From positions 1 to 40,715 of the forward strand of contig JAGOEX010000003.1 in the NCBI GenBank assembly GCA_017997475.1: a DNA stretch of 40,715 nucleotides. The letters are read 5' to 3'. Positions 18,394 to 28,003 of the stretch are shown piece after piece (positions within the stretch are counted from its first letter, which is position 1; every line of letters begins with the position of its first letter). A model generated the notes under the pieces. That model was not told where the DNA came from, made no database searches, and saw only the letters and a list, made by a program, of their open reading frames with translations. This DNA is from a bacterium. GTDB lineage: Bacteria; UBP6; UBA1177. Made by a program: the position numbers and the translations under genes.

Positions 18394-19602
18394 TTAACAC
18401 CTTGTAAATATTAAGCAACTGTTATTGCCACCGAATCCGAAGGAATTGCTCATAATGTGTTTTACGGGATTGTCTGTCAGAGTTGAAGGAAGCGGTTTGA
18501 GCCCTGTTGCTTCTATCGGTATCCTGAACATTTTATCACCGGGAACCATATTCTCTTTAATTGAAAGAATTGAGATAACAGCTTCAATACCGCCTGAAGC
18601 GCCAAGTGTATGACCTGTCAGTGTTTTTGTAGAGCTCAGCATTGGCATTTTTTCTTTAAAAACCCTGACAACCGCTGCACTTTCAGACGCATCGTTGTTA
18701 TCAGTGCCTGTACCATGAAGATTAATATAATCAACATCTTCCGGGTTTAATCCTGCTTTTTTCAATGCACCGGTCATAGCCGCATAGGCACCGTTGCCTT
18801 CAGGACTTGAAGCGGTTTGATGATACGCTTCTGCACAGTTACTCCATCCGGCAAGTTCGCAAATCGGGATGTTTCCTGTTTTTTTTATGGTTTCCTCTGT
18901 TTCTAAAACTGCAAATGCCGCCCCTTCACCAAGATTCAACCCCTTTCTTGATGCATCAAGCGGTCTGCATGGCTGTGTATCATGAATTCTCAATGAATTG
19001 AATCCGTTGACAGTAAAGTATGTGAGAGCGTCACTCCCTCCTGCCACAACCCTTTCAACCTCTCCATGCTGAAGAAGTCTTGCCGCCGTAATGAAAGAAT
19101 TGGCGGAAGATGAACAGGCGGTACTTATTGTTGTAACAAAATCTGTCGCATTTATAAGAACAGAGACTTTCTGTGCTGTATCGCCGCAATCATGGCAGAT
19201 AACATCATTAATATCTCCGCCGTTTTGAAGATCGTTTGAAAACTCCCGGTAAAACAGCTCGCTTCTATCCATTCCGCCAACTGTTGTTCCGCAGACAAGA
19301 CCCGTCAATATCCCGTCATTTTTCCTTATTTTTGCATTCACTGCCGCTTCTTTTGCCGCAACAGCAGCAAGAAGAGAGCACCTTGTTTTAAATTCATTTC
19401 TTGAAACCCCTGCAATTTGAGCAAGTTCGTCATTGCTGAAAGGAACTTCGCAAAGTGGAAAATTCCTTGCGAGCTTTGAATCGACAAATCTTGTTTCTGT
19501 CTGGCCGCCTTTCATTTCAACAAGCGATTTGACCGTCTTATCACAGCCGATGCCTATTGAACTTATTATTCCTGCAGCAGTAACATATATCTTCTTAGCC
19601 AT
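18394..19602 (-). CDS. beta-ketoacyl-ACP synthase (KAS II / FabF-like)
   Basis: Active-site Cys context TACSSSANSFITAARLL. His motifs AYHQTASSPEG and INLHGTGTDNNDASE. C-terminal GHTLGASGGIEAV and SNSFGFGGNNS. The ORF track starts at TTG 19689. Met30 (MAKKIYVTAAG, 19602) has an AGAGGA SD and sits 1 nt after the S41 stop. Confidence 0.85.
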   Translation of the reverse strand: MAKKIYVTAAGIISSIGIGCDKTVKSLVEMKGGQTETRFVDSKLARNFPLCEVPFSNDELAQIAGVSRNEFKTRCSLLAAVAAKEAAVNAKIRKNDGILTGLVCGTTVGGMDRSELFYREFSNDLQNGGDINDVICHDCGDTAQKVSVLINATDFVTTISTACSSSANSFITAARLLQHGEVERVVAGGSDALTYFTVNGFNSLRIHDTQPCRPLDASRKGLNLGEGAAFAVLETEETIKKTGNIPICELAGWSNCAEAYHQTASSPEGNGAYAAMTGALKKAGLNPEDVDYINLHGTGTDNNDASESAAVVRVFKEKMPMLSSTKTLTGHTLGASGGIEAVISILSIKENMVPGDKMFRIPIEATGLKPLPSTLTDNPVKHIMSNSFGFGGNNSCLIFTRC

Positions 19603-19603
19603 C

Positions 19604-22537
19604 TTATTCCTCTTCGTTATCGCTGCCTTTGGGAAAAACAACATGCTTTCTTGCGAATGCCGTTTTTTCCCTGTCGTAACCTTTTGCAACTATTGAGATG
19701 CTGTTAATCTTCTTTTCCAATGTCACCGGCACGCTGATCTTGTTTACACTGCCTGTTTCTGAAAGTCTTTTATAAAAATACTTTTTGTCATTTATAAAAA
19801 CAAAGACATCTCTTGTTTCAGCAGGGTTTATCTCAAATGCTATATTGAATTTCCCGTTTTCAGAAAGTGAAGGCGATCTGTCAAAGAAAATTCCGGGCAT
19901 TTTAATACTGTATTTAATGTCCATTTGCAGTTTTGACGGTTTTTCCTCTGAAGTCTTCACATTTTCCGACCTTATCCAGAAACCGTCTTCAGAAAGATAG
20001 GCCTCTCCGCATTTTCCGGTACTTTTCAGAACGGATCTCTCTTTTATGATGCCATATACATTTTTCAGATCTGCGGCACTGAATATCTCTACACCCTTTT
20101 CAAGAACTATCCCCGCTTCTCTGCTTTCAAATACACATCCTGCGCCTGACCTGTATATCGGAACTGAAAAACCTGAGTTGTATTTCGTTTTGTAATCATA
20201 CAAAGACACCGCAAGCTTTGTTGCCAGAGTTTCTTTTGCCTCAAAATTACTCAACTTGAATTTAAATTCCGCACTTTTTGTTTCACCGGGAGCAAGAGTA
20301 AAAGAAAGAGTTCCGCTGTTAATGAATATCTCTTTTGAATTATCCACATTTATCAACATCGCCCTTCCGTCAAGAACAGCCCCTTTCCCGATGTTGGTAA
20401 AATTGATCAGAAGCTTAACCTCTTCACCTGGCTGTATCATACCGTCAACACTTCCACCTGAGTCAACGGATAGAAAAGAGAGCTTTATATCAGGTGAGTC
20501 AACCGGCATGGTCTCAATAACAAAATCTTTGATTTTAATTACTTTGTCAGGCGTTCCTGTGTAAAGCTTTAACTGTGCGTTCTCCTTTCTCCACGGGACT
20601 GACTCAGGAAGCTTTATGTTCACGGTTCTTTCGATAGAACCGCTGAAAGTACCGAAAGGAATTTCCAGTCTTCTTAAAAAAGGAATATCCGTTTCAAGAA
20701 CTCCTATCAGATTCTCTATTTCACCCTCGATCTCCGCTTTGAACTTGAACTGGTAACTGCTTCCGCCAATGATCTTCTGACTACTTAAAAGAGACACTTT
20801 GAGTGAATCCAGGTCAGGTTGCCGCAGAGACATTGATGATTTCCACGGAATACCCGATTCTGTCAGTTTTGAAACTATTCCCGACCACTCGCTTTCCTTT
20901 ATTCTGACAGCGGCATCGTTCGGTTTGATACCGTTTGATATCATTTCTTTCATGATCTTTATTGCTATTTCGATCTCCTCGTCGCTTTTAAAAGCACCGA
21001 TCTTCTCTTTTCTCCTCTCTTTCACTATTTGATCAGTATCTTTGTATTCTTTGAAATACCTGACAATTATATCCGGTTTTTCGGGCTTTTGCGGAATATA
21101 AGAACTGACGATATGCTCTTTAAGCTTGTTCTCTGTAACTATGTTCTCGCCCATATCAAACAACGATATCTTTTCATTGTGAATAAAAGCCGGCCTTATC
21201 TCGATTTCAGGAGTTATTCCCACAGATTGGATCGAAACACCTCCTGGAGTCAGATACTGGGCAATTGTAAGCTTCATGCCTCCTCCGCCCGGTATCCTGA
21301 AAAGGTTCTGAACACTCCCTTTGCCGAAACTTTTTCTTCCCAGAACACTCGCTCTGCCGTTTTTCTTAAGAGCCGCGGTAACGATCTCGGCAGCAGATGC
21401 GGTGCCTTCGTTTATCATTACAGTCACAGGGATGTCAAGAATGTCCGTATTCTGCTTTTCTGCTTCGCTGACATCATCTTCATCATCTCCTACAGTAGAA
21501 ACAATAACCCCCCTTTCCAGAAAAATATCACTGATCTTTATCGCCTGTGAAAGAAGGCCCCCTGAATTGTTCCGCATATCAAGAATAAGCGATTTCATCC
21601 CTTTTTTCTTAAGATCTTCCAACGCTGAAAGCATTGACGGATAAGTGTTTTCCATAAAACCGGAGAGCTTTATATAACCTATTCCGGGCTCCGGCATTGC
21701 AGAAACGACAGACTCTATTTTGATCTCTGCTCTGGTAATTGTAAATTTTAAAAGGTCGGGAACACCCTCTCTTCTGATCCTTATGGTGACGCTGGTTCCC
21801 GGCTTGCCTCTCATTCTTTCAACTGCCTTGTTGAGTGTCATGTTTATTGCAGATTCATCATCGATCTGCACTATAACATCGTTAGCTTCCACCCCCGCTT
21901 CCATTGCCGGAGTACCGTCCATGGGAGAAACGACAACGATCTCTCCGTCATCATTAACACTTATTACGATTCCGAGCCCGCCGAAATTTCCTTCCGTTGA
22001 GCTTGTAAACTCTTCAAATTCCTTCGGTGTGAAAATATATGAATGGGGATCAAGCTTTTTAAGAATGCCGTTGACAGCAATATACTCTACATCTGTTATT
22101 TCAAGAGAAGCGTCGGGAACATAATTTTTTTCAATAAAGCCGTATACCTGCTTCAATACATAGGCAATATCATAAAGATCTCTCATTCTTCCCACATTAG
22201 CCGTGTAGGTGTGATTATATATCTGGACTGTAACCTGATTTCTGTTCCTGTCGTATTTGATCAATGTTTCAGGTAGCTGATCATGTATCGCATTCAGCCC
22301 TTCAACCAGAAGATCCGCGGCCTGCAACTTAGATTTGTTAAGATATTTGTTCTTAACAGCCCTCAAAGCATAAATTGTCACTTCTCCCTGCGATATGCTG
22401 TAATCCTTTGATGTTGAGAACATCCTTTCGAACAGGTTGGCATTAAGAATAAATGCAAAAAGAAGGATCAGCGCAACTGCAATTTTTCTTTTCATATCCA
22501 TGACTCCCGACACATTTTTTATATAATCATCTCTCAA
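19604..22537 (-). CDS. S41 family C-terminal processing peptidase with PDZ domain and ~450-aa C-terminal beta-sandwich-like extension
   Basis: PDZ GGLGIVISVNDDGEIVVVSPMDGTPAMEAGVEANDVIVQIDD. S41 core LILDMRNNSGGLL, NEGTASAAEIVTAALK and GRKSFGKGSVQ. The long C-terminal region has CARDB-like strands (GEEVKLLINFTNIGKGAVLDGRAML). Alternative starts exist at Met13/Met15 (signal-anchor MKRKIAVALILLFAFILNA). Confidence 0.8.
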   Translation of the reverse strand: MRDDYIKNVSGVMDMKRKIAVALILLFAFILNANLFERMFSTSKDYSISQGEVTIYALRAVKNKYLNKSKLQAADLLVEGLNAIHDQLPETLIKYDRNRNQVTVQIYNHTYTANVGRMRDLYDIAYVLKQVYGFIEKNYVPDASLEITDVEYIAVNGILKKLDPHSYIFTPKEFEEFTSSTEGNFGGLGIVISVNDDGEIVVVSPMDGTPAMEAGVEANDVIVQIDDESAINMTLNKAVERMRGKPGTSVTIRIRREGVPDLLKFTITRAEIKIESVVSAMPEPGIGYIKLSGFMENTYPSMLSALEDLKKKGMKSLILDMRNNSGGLLSQAIKISDIFLERGVIVSTVGDDEDDVSEAEKQNTDILDIPVTVMINEGTASAAEIVTAALKKNGRASVLGRKSFGKGSVQNLFRIPGGGGMKLTIAQYLTPGGVSIQSVGITPEIEIRPAFIHNEKISLFDMGENIVTENKLKEHIVSSYIPQKPEKPDIIVRYFKEYKDTDQIVKERRKEKIGAFKSDEEIEIAIKIMKEMISNGIKPNDAAVRIKESEWSGIVSKLTESGIPWKSSMSLRQPDLDSLKVSLLSSQKIIGGSSYQFKFKAEIEGEIENLIGVLETDIPFLRRLEIPFGTFSGSIERTVNIKLPESVPWRKENAQLKLYTGTPDKVIKIKDFVIETMPVDSPDIKLSFLSVDSGGSVDGMIQPGEEVKLLINFTNIGKGAVLDGRAMLINVDNSKEIFINSGTLSFTLAPGETKSAEFKFKLSNFEAKETLATKLAVSLYDYKTKYNSGFSVPIYRSGAGCVFESREAGIVLEKGVEIFSAADLKNVYGIIKERSVLKSTGKCGEAYLSEDGFWIRSENVKTSEEKPSKLQMDIKYSIKMPGIFFDRSPSLSENGKFNIAFEINPAETRDVFVFINDKKYFYKRLSETGSVNKISVPVTLEKKINSISIVAKGYDREKTAFARKHVVFPKGSDNEEE

Positions 22538-23181
22538 AATCTGAAACCTAAAAGATCAGTAATAACAAAATCAAATCTGCCCATCAACAGGATGATCCTC
22601 GAAACAAGAGTATATCCAAAAGAAACACCTATTGCAACAAGCAGATAAAATCTGCCCGTCTCCCCTGCGGCAGACAAAAAGCCGTTAACCTTTCTGTGCC
22701 TTGCAACAAGAAAAAGAAGAACGGAAACAATACCGGTAATACTTACAATTGCATTTATTGTAAGGTCCCACCTTATACTTCCGTTTTCAGCTAATGAAAT
22801 AAGCGGGATGCTGGAAGAACGGATCATTTCATAGACATATGCCTGAAAATAGACAGGGATGCTCGCTGCAAGATAGAGCATGACAATAAAAACAGACGGC
22901 ATGAAAATAAGTTTTGAATATTTTCTCTTTCCGTCTGAAGGAATAAAAAGCAGAAGTCCTGATATGACAGGAACCAGAAGAATATAATCACCGCTCATTG
23001 TATCATCAAAAACCGGAATAAGAACAGAAAAAAGCCATATCGATGCAAAATATCCGGCCGACACACCAATGAATACGGACTCAGCAAATTTATAGACGGG
23101 GTTGTCACGGTAAAGACCTGAGAATGCTGCTAAAGTGAAAGCAAACGCTGTCCAGACGCTCAAATTCATACTTATGTTCAC
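22534..23181 (-). CDS. hypothetical integral membrane protein (215 aa, ~6 TM)
   Basis: ORF track. Six hydrophobic segments by eye. ATGA overlaps at both ends. No family recognised. Confidence 0.7.
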   Translation of the reverse strand: MNISMNLSVWTAFAFTLAAFSGLYRDNPVYKFAESVFIGVSAGYFASIWLFSVLIPVFDDTMSGDYILLVPVISGLLLFIPSDGKRKYSKLIFMPSVFIVMLYLAASIPVYFQAYVYEMIRSSSIPLISLAENGSIRWDLTINAIVSITGIVSVLLFLVARHRKVNGFLSAAGETGRFYLLVAIGVSFGYTLVSRIILLMGRFDFVITDLLGFRF

Positions 23182-24023
23182 CGTTCACCTCTCACAAGCC
23201 GTCTTATCCCTGAAAGAACTATGATAATAAGTATATATTCCAATATCATCGACATTATGTAATACCTTTTCCAGATATCTGATGAGGGGTCAATCACCTT
23301 TGTCAGGCCCGCAATCTCTCTGAACCCGCCTGCAAACCCTTCAAAAGAACCGGATTTATGAAAAGGAAGATAGTTCGGGACCATGTCTGATGAACAGATG
23401 ACTGCCTTTGCAAGATTTTCATCTCCCGACAGAACAGAAAAAAGTGTCATTCCCGGTGAGCCGTCGATCATTCTCGAGGAGAACTCAAAAACAGCCGCAA
23501 AATCATTAAAACGCTCTATCCCGTTCATAATAGGAAGTGCCTTCAGTTCATTACCGTAAATATCTTTTTTCCTTACGCCGGATATATTTGATGAAAGCAG
23601 AAAAGCTCCTACCGTGCCGCCCCCGATGTATCCGATATTTACATAGTCATATCCGTAGAGATATCTCTCTTTAATAAAATCAGGGTTGCCGATACTTCTT
23701 TCAACCGCCATGAATGCTGACTCCACACCCACAGGAACAAGAGTCGCAAAAACTATACCGGCATCCTTTGCAGCAAAATATCCCACCATTGCAGAAAGAG
23801 TTTCCTCCAGCTCATATTTAGCTTCCGGACCGAAATTTGTAATTATAAGCACTTTTGAACCGGCAGGAACATTTTCCATTATTTCATATACCTTTTTTCC
23901 GTTATCTTCCATACCCGGATCGATTTCAGTATCTATAAATCTGAAAATGATAATTATAAAAACGGGTATGACCGCCAGATATTTAAAAGGAATGTCGAAT
24001 AATAAAAAACCGATCCTTCTCAA
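23178..24023 (-). CDS. hypothetical bitopic membrane protein (281 aa, N- and C-terminal TM anchors, ~200-aa soluble middle)
   Basis: ORF track. TM helices YLAVIPVFIIIIFRFI and YYIMSMILEYILIIIVLSGI. ATGA overlaps at both ends. No family recognised. Confidence 0.7.
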   Translation of the reverse strand: MRRIGFLLFDIPFKYLAVIPVFIIIIFRFIDTEIDPGMEDNGKKVYEIMENVPAGSKVLIITNFGPEAKYELEETLSAMVGYFAAKDAGIVFATLVPVGVESAFMAVERSIGNPDFIKERYLYGYDYVNIGYIGGGTVGAFLLSSNISGVRKKDIYGNELKALPIMNGIERFNDFAAVFEFSSRMIDGSPGMTLFSVLSGDENLAKAVICSSDMVPNYLPFHKSGSFEGFAGGFREIAGLTKVIDPSSDIWKRYYIMSMILEYILIIIVLSGIRRLVRGER

Positions 24024-25321
24024 TTTCCCCTCCTGTTTTTGGGTGTAAATACTTCAAAAACAGTTTCTGCGGAATAAAAAAGAACCCCTGTTCCGGTCCC
24101 TATTGCAAGTGCCTTAAAAACAGGTGCTGAAAAAACATTTATCAACCACCCCTCCGAAAAAGGACCCTTCCAGTCAGGACTTAAGAAAAAATTTAAAACT
24201 GAATTAAAATAAGGAAAGAATCCGGCAATTACAAGACACACAGACACAGATATGACAAAATAGCTGTAATTTCTGAAATCAAGCATTTTATATACCGTCA
24301 AAAGCATCGAAAAGAACAACATCGCTATAAAAGTTGAAAAAAGAGGATCAAGGATTGACCGGTATATCCACCTTACGAAACCCTTCATATTCGGGCTTGA
24401 TGTAACGCCGGTTTTTAAAAATGCTGAAAACATTTTAGATGCGGCATTTTTTGAAATATCCATATCTGCATTCTTAGAACAGCTTTCGGCTATTATGTCA
24501 GCAACCCCTGAACTTCTCACAAAATCAGCGTAGTATTTAACAGTTTCATTTTTATTTATTCCTGACACATTCTGCTCATCAAACCATTCTTTAAGCATAT
24601 CCCCTGACCCTTTGATCCTTACTCCTTCTATTGCAGCATCCTGTACATTATCCTGTTCACCTTTTTCTCTTAAAGAATCTGTGAACCATTCCCTTAAAGA
24701 AGCGGCAACAGGAAGCATTTTTGAAATTCCTTCTATTGACATAGCTCTCACTTTTTTCTCGAGCTCGGAAACCGATTTTGAATCATCTTCATTTATGAAA
24801 ACAGTGTTCTTTTCATCAAAGATCCCTTTTTTGTATTTAAGGTCCTTAAAATCTTCGCTTGTCATGTCGGCTTCCTTTAACATTTCATCCGTAGGAAAAA
24901 AATAAGGCGAAACATTGGCACTAACATAAAGACTCAGTTTTTTTCTTGCAGGGAACTTGCTCAGATAGTAATCATCGTCGATTATTATGTCTGCCGTTTC
25001 AACAAGGTATGCCGGCTGTTCCCTGATAATATTGTTAAATGCATATTTGCTCTGGTTGATATTCATTGCACCTGCAAGGAAAGTAACCAGGAACGAAAGC
25101 AGAATGACTGCTGAAGGCCACTGTGAAAATCTTCCTTTCCTTATCTTCACCGCCTCTTTGTGAAGCACTTTTAACAGACCCGCAACAAAAGAAATAACAA
25201 TAACCGTTTCCCCGCACCTTAAAATGACAGAAAATATATTTCGCCCATAATCAGCATAAATCACCAGAACGCTGAAAATTACAAGCGGTATTAAAATTGT
25301 GATCACTGCAAATCTTCTCAT
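24020..25321 (-). CDS. hypothetical polytopic membrane protein (433 aa, ~3+3 TM around a ~220-aa soluble loop)
   Basis: ORF track. Hydrophobic helices at both ends and a charged central region. ATGA overlaps at both ends. No family recognised. Confidence 0.7.
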   Translation of the reverse strand: MRRFAVITILIPLVIFSVLVIYADYGRNIFSVILRCGETVIVISFVAGLLKVLHKEAVKIRKGRFSQWPSAVILLSFLVTFLAGAMNINQSKYAFNNIIREQPAYLVETADIIIDDDYYLSKFPARKKLSLYVSANVSPYFFPTDEMLKEADMTSEDFKDLKYKKGIFDEKNTVFINEDDSKSVSELEKKVRAMSIEGISKMLPVAASLREWFTDSLREKGEQDNVQDAAIEGVRIKGSGDMLKEWFDEQNVSGINKNETVKYYADFVRSSGVADIIAESCSKNADMDISKNAASKMFSAFLKTGVTSSPNMKGFVRWIYRSILDPLFSTFIAMLFFSMLLTVYKMLDFRNYSYFVISVSVCLVIAGFFPYFNSVLNFFLSPDWKGPFSEGWLINVFSAPVFKALAIGTGTGVLFYSAETVFEVFTPKNRRGN

Positions 25322-26370
25322 ATTCCGGCCTGAATGTTAAAAAGTTCAGTAATAAACGGAAAATATTGCGCAAGAGTACTCAATACTGATCCGGCAGTTA
25401 TAATGACAGCGGTAATGATCAGAAAAAGGTATGCTCCCGACACCTTAACCGATCTTTCAGACCTGATGTTCTTAAGCTGGGAAGATAAAAGAAAGGGCTC
25501 TATTGAAATAAGATTTTTCCTTGACAGTATAGCATTGCCGCTCAATCCCGGAACATTTAAAGAAAGGTTTATGTTCCGTTTACTTTCTCCTGCAAAATAT
25601 GTGCTCCAGTCTGAGATCGCAGATCCATCGGAAATATTGAAACCCATCTGCCTGCTCCAATCCTGCCTGTTCACTGCAGAATAAAACCCGGCCAGATCAC
25701 CGAATGAAGGCACTGCGACAAAACTGTTCCTGCCGTTTTGAAAAAAGCTGTCGCTCCCGTCCGGAAACAGCTCCGACTCTATTGATGAGCCAGTATCTGC
25801 CGAATTTGCAAGACCTGTCATTAATGCCGTCAAAGGCCCAAGAAGCGGATGCCCCGTTGAATCCACCGAGCTCAAAAAAGATATTTTTGCGGTATTCTCT
25901 CCGAGAAGAGTTACAATAAACTTAAGCATTGATTGTCTGTCCCGGCTTATCGAACTGAAAAAAGGTCTTTTGATAAAACCGGCTGCCAATATGGAAAAAA
26001 TAAATATAAAAACAACAAAAACCATTGAAATGTTTATTTTCTTCAGAATATCCGCCTCTGAATGACATTTTCTTGCTGTTTCCCTCACCGTTCCGTCATC
26101 ATAATATATTTTGAGAAAATAACATGCCCTTATTGCGGAAGGTGCTGAAAAATGGTTGTCAGGAAAGGTGAACTCATAAATATTGACAGGCGGAGAGTTC
26201 CTTAAAACCCTGTAAAGTTCGACATTTACAACATTGCTGTCCTGAATATTCACGACAATATCTATCTTATCATTTTCATTATGAACTATTTTAAAAGAAG
26301 ATCCGTCTTCAGCCAGGATCATAAAATAAAACATGCTTTGGAAAAGCATCGCAAAAACAATCTTTTTCAT
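25318..26370 (-). CDS. hypothetical membrane protein (350 aa, signal peptide, central and C-terminal TM)
   Basis: ORF track. Signal MKKIVFAMLFQSMFYFMILA. TM helices ISMVFVVFIFIFSILAAGFI and AYLFLIITAVIITAGSVLSTLA. Overlaps its neighbours by 4 nt and 1 nt. Confidence 0.7.
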   Translation of the reverse strand: MKKIVFAMLFQSMFYFMILAEDGSSFKIVHNENDKIDIVVNIQDSNVVNVELYRVLRNSPPVNIYEFTFPDNHFSAPSAIRACYFLKIYYDDGTVRETARKCHSEADILKKINISMVFVVFIFIFSILAAGFIKRPFFSSISRDRQSMLKFIVTLLGENTAKISFLSSVDSTGHPLLGPLTALMTGLANSADTGSSIESELFPDGSDSFFQNGRNSFVAVPSFGDLAGFYSAVNRQDWSRQMGFNISDGSAISDWSTYFAGESKRNINLSLNVPGLSGNAILSRKNLISIEPFLLSSQLKNIRSERSVKVSGAYLFLIITAVIITAGSVLSTLAQYFPFITELFNIQAGI

Positions 26371-27806
26371 CAGCTTCTTTCTTTTCTCAGATCAAAAACT
26401 ATCGTCCTTCCGGCTTTTCCGGTCTTTAAGACTTTCTTCCTGCCGGCACCTTCAAAATAGACTTTTTCAGATACATCTATCTCTATTACCGAAAAAGGAT
26501 CTATTTTCATTACATATCTCTTCCCCCACAGAAAACTCATTTCATTTCTCTCTTCATTACCGCTGACATAAACCGTAAGACATGTTCTTTCCTTTACAAA
26601 AGTTCCATCCGGAATAACTATCCAGCCCGAAACCATGTTTTCTGAATACGATGCATCAAGAAGCCATCCGGAATGATCCCCTTGTTTCTCAAAGAACATC
26701 GGGGCTGAAGCAAGAAGAACTCCGTCCCTGTCAAAAACAAATTCTATTACGCCTCTTAAAAGATCGGGATCGCTTACAACATCAAGAAACTTTTCAAAAC
26801 CCGCTTTGCCGCTTAAAGAGATTCCTATGATCCTCTCAGGACGGTAATACTCAACTCTTTCACTTTTTTCTATCTGCAAAAGATCTTCTTGTGCAAAATC
26901 CCTGTCAGGAAGAGATTCCTGCTGAAAAATACTTCTGAGACTTTCAGAAAGATCTGCCGTTTTCAAAGAAACATCGTCCATTGAAAGACCATATCTCTTG
27001 AAATGGAACTTACCTGCTGACCGGCTACATTCATTTACAACAGAATATTCTTCCGTTATAAGCACCGAAAGAACTTTATTTACATATCTTCCGCAAAACA
27101 TTTCCGTAACTTTCTGCAAAGAATTTGAAAATGAAAATGCAGGCACCTTGGGTTGATCTGAAGAAATCATCAAAGTTGAAGATCTTTTTATCGAAATATC
27201 TTCTCCTGCAACCAGACTTTCAGGACAGAAACTGGTTTCGAGCACATTTGGAAGCATTGTAAAATCGGTTAAAGTGCCGATGTTAACCTTTGCAAAAGGA
27301 AGTGCGGATGAACTCCCTGCAAAAACCACGGCAGGTTTTGTCTTTTTTATAAACTGACTTTCGGTAAGTTTCAGAATAAAATCATGAAGCTGTCTATTTT
27401 CAGAATCATCATAACCACCTGATATGATAAGAACATCCTCACTGCATGAGTTTATGTCAGATTCACTCATTTCGTTTATAAGGAATGTCTTTTTTATATC
27501 AAGAAGCATCGACCTTGCAAGTTTTACACAAGCATGCAGAGAACCTTCAGAGGTCATTCCCGTAACAACAGCCGAAAGCAGTTTTGGAGGAATGCTCATC
27601 ATACTCGAAGAAACTTTGGATGGCTGATCGCTCTTATGGTAACTGCTTTCCTGCATTAATTTTCTGACATGTTCCTTAAAATTGAAATTATCACCCTTTT
27701 CAAAAACATCTTTTACAAAAAATGCCGTTCCATTATCTCCGTATTCAACCACAACTGTTCTTATTTTTGACTGCATTACAATAAATGAAATGTGATAGCT
27801 TTTCAT
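26370..27806 (-). CDS. soluble protein with weak GlmL/MutL-like (actin-fold ASKHA) resemblance
   Basis: 478 aa with no TM helix. The segment SAVVTGMTSEGSLHACVKLARSM ... SEDVLIISGGYDDSENRQLHDFILKL ... KPAVVFAGSSSA parallels the GlmL-family pattern (GGL..A.GLVPELTAEAAKRAALGAGA ... PDIILLAGGTDGGN ... IPVIVAGN, recalled from memory). The N-terminal phosphate-1 position reads VVVEYGDNGTAF instead of DxGSTxTK. Confidence 0.3.
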   Translation of the reverse strand: MKSYHISFIVMQSKIRTVVVEYGDNGTAFFVKDVFEKGDNFNFKEHVRKLMQESSYHKSDQPSKVSSSMMSIPPKLLSAVVTGMTSEGSLHACVKLARSMLLDIKKTFLINEMSESDINSCSEDVLIISGGYDDSENRQLHDFILKLTESQFIKKTKPAVVFAGSSSALPFAKVNIGTLTDFTMLPNVLETSFCPESLVAGEDISIKRSSTLMISSDQPKVPAFSFSNSLQKVTEMFCGRYVNKVLSVLITEEYSVVNECSRSAGKFHFKRYGLSMDDVSLKTADLSESLRSIFQQESLPDRDFAQEDLLQIEKSERVEYYRPERIIGISLSGKAGFEKFLDVVSDPDLLRGVIEFVFDRDGVLLASAPMFFEKQGDHSGWLLDASYSENMVSGWIVIPDGTFVKERTCLTVYVSGNEERNEMSFLWGKRYVMKIDPFSVIEIDVSEKVYFEGAGRKKVLKTGKAGRTIVFDLRKERS

Positions 27807-28003
27807 TTCAGCCCTTTTTCAAGCGAATTCTTTAATTGTTCAAAAAAGGTCTCATCCTCAAATATTTTTTCGATCATTTTGCCTCTTTCCAGTCCGAAAA
27901 CGATCGAAAACAGTGGCAGAAAAACAGGAAGTGTGAAAAGTATTATTCTTTTGAATGGTCTTGAAGCATTAAGAAGAAGCAATGCCGGGGACTGATCTTT
28001 CAT
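27803..28003 (-). CDS. 66-aa single-pass membrane microprotein
   Basis: ATGA overlaps with both neighbours (28000-28003 and 27803-27806). One hydrophobic helix IILFTLPVFLPLFSIVFGL followed by an amphipathic acidic tail. Confidence 0.5.
   Translation of the reverse strand: MKDQSPALLLLNASRPFKRIILFTLPVFLPLFSIVFGLERGKMIEKIFEDETFFEQLKNSLEKGLK

Noticed and set aside
21029-22124. Plus-strand ORFs of 107-173 aa
   Set aside because: They are antisense to the S41 protease gene, whose PDZ and catalytic motifs fix the true frame.
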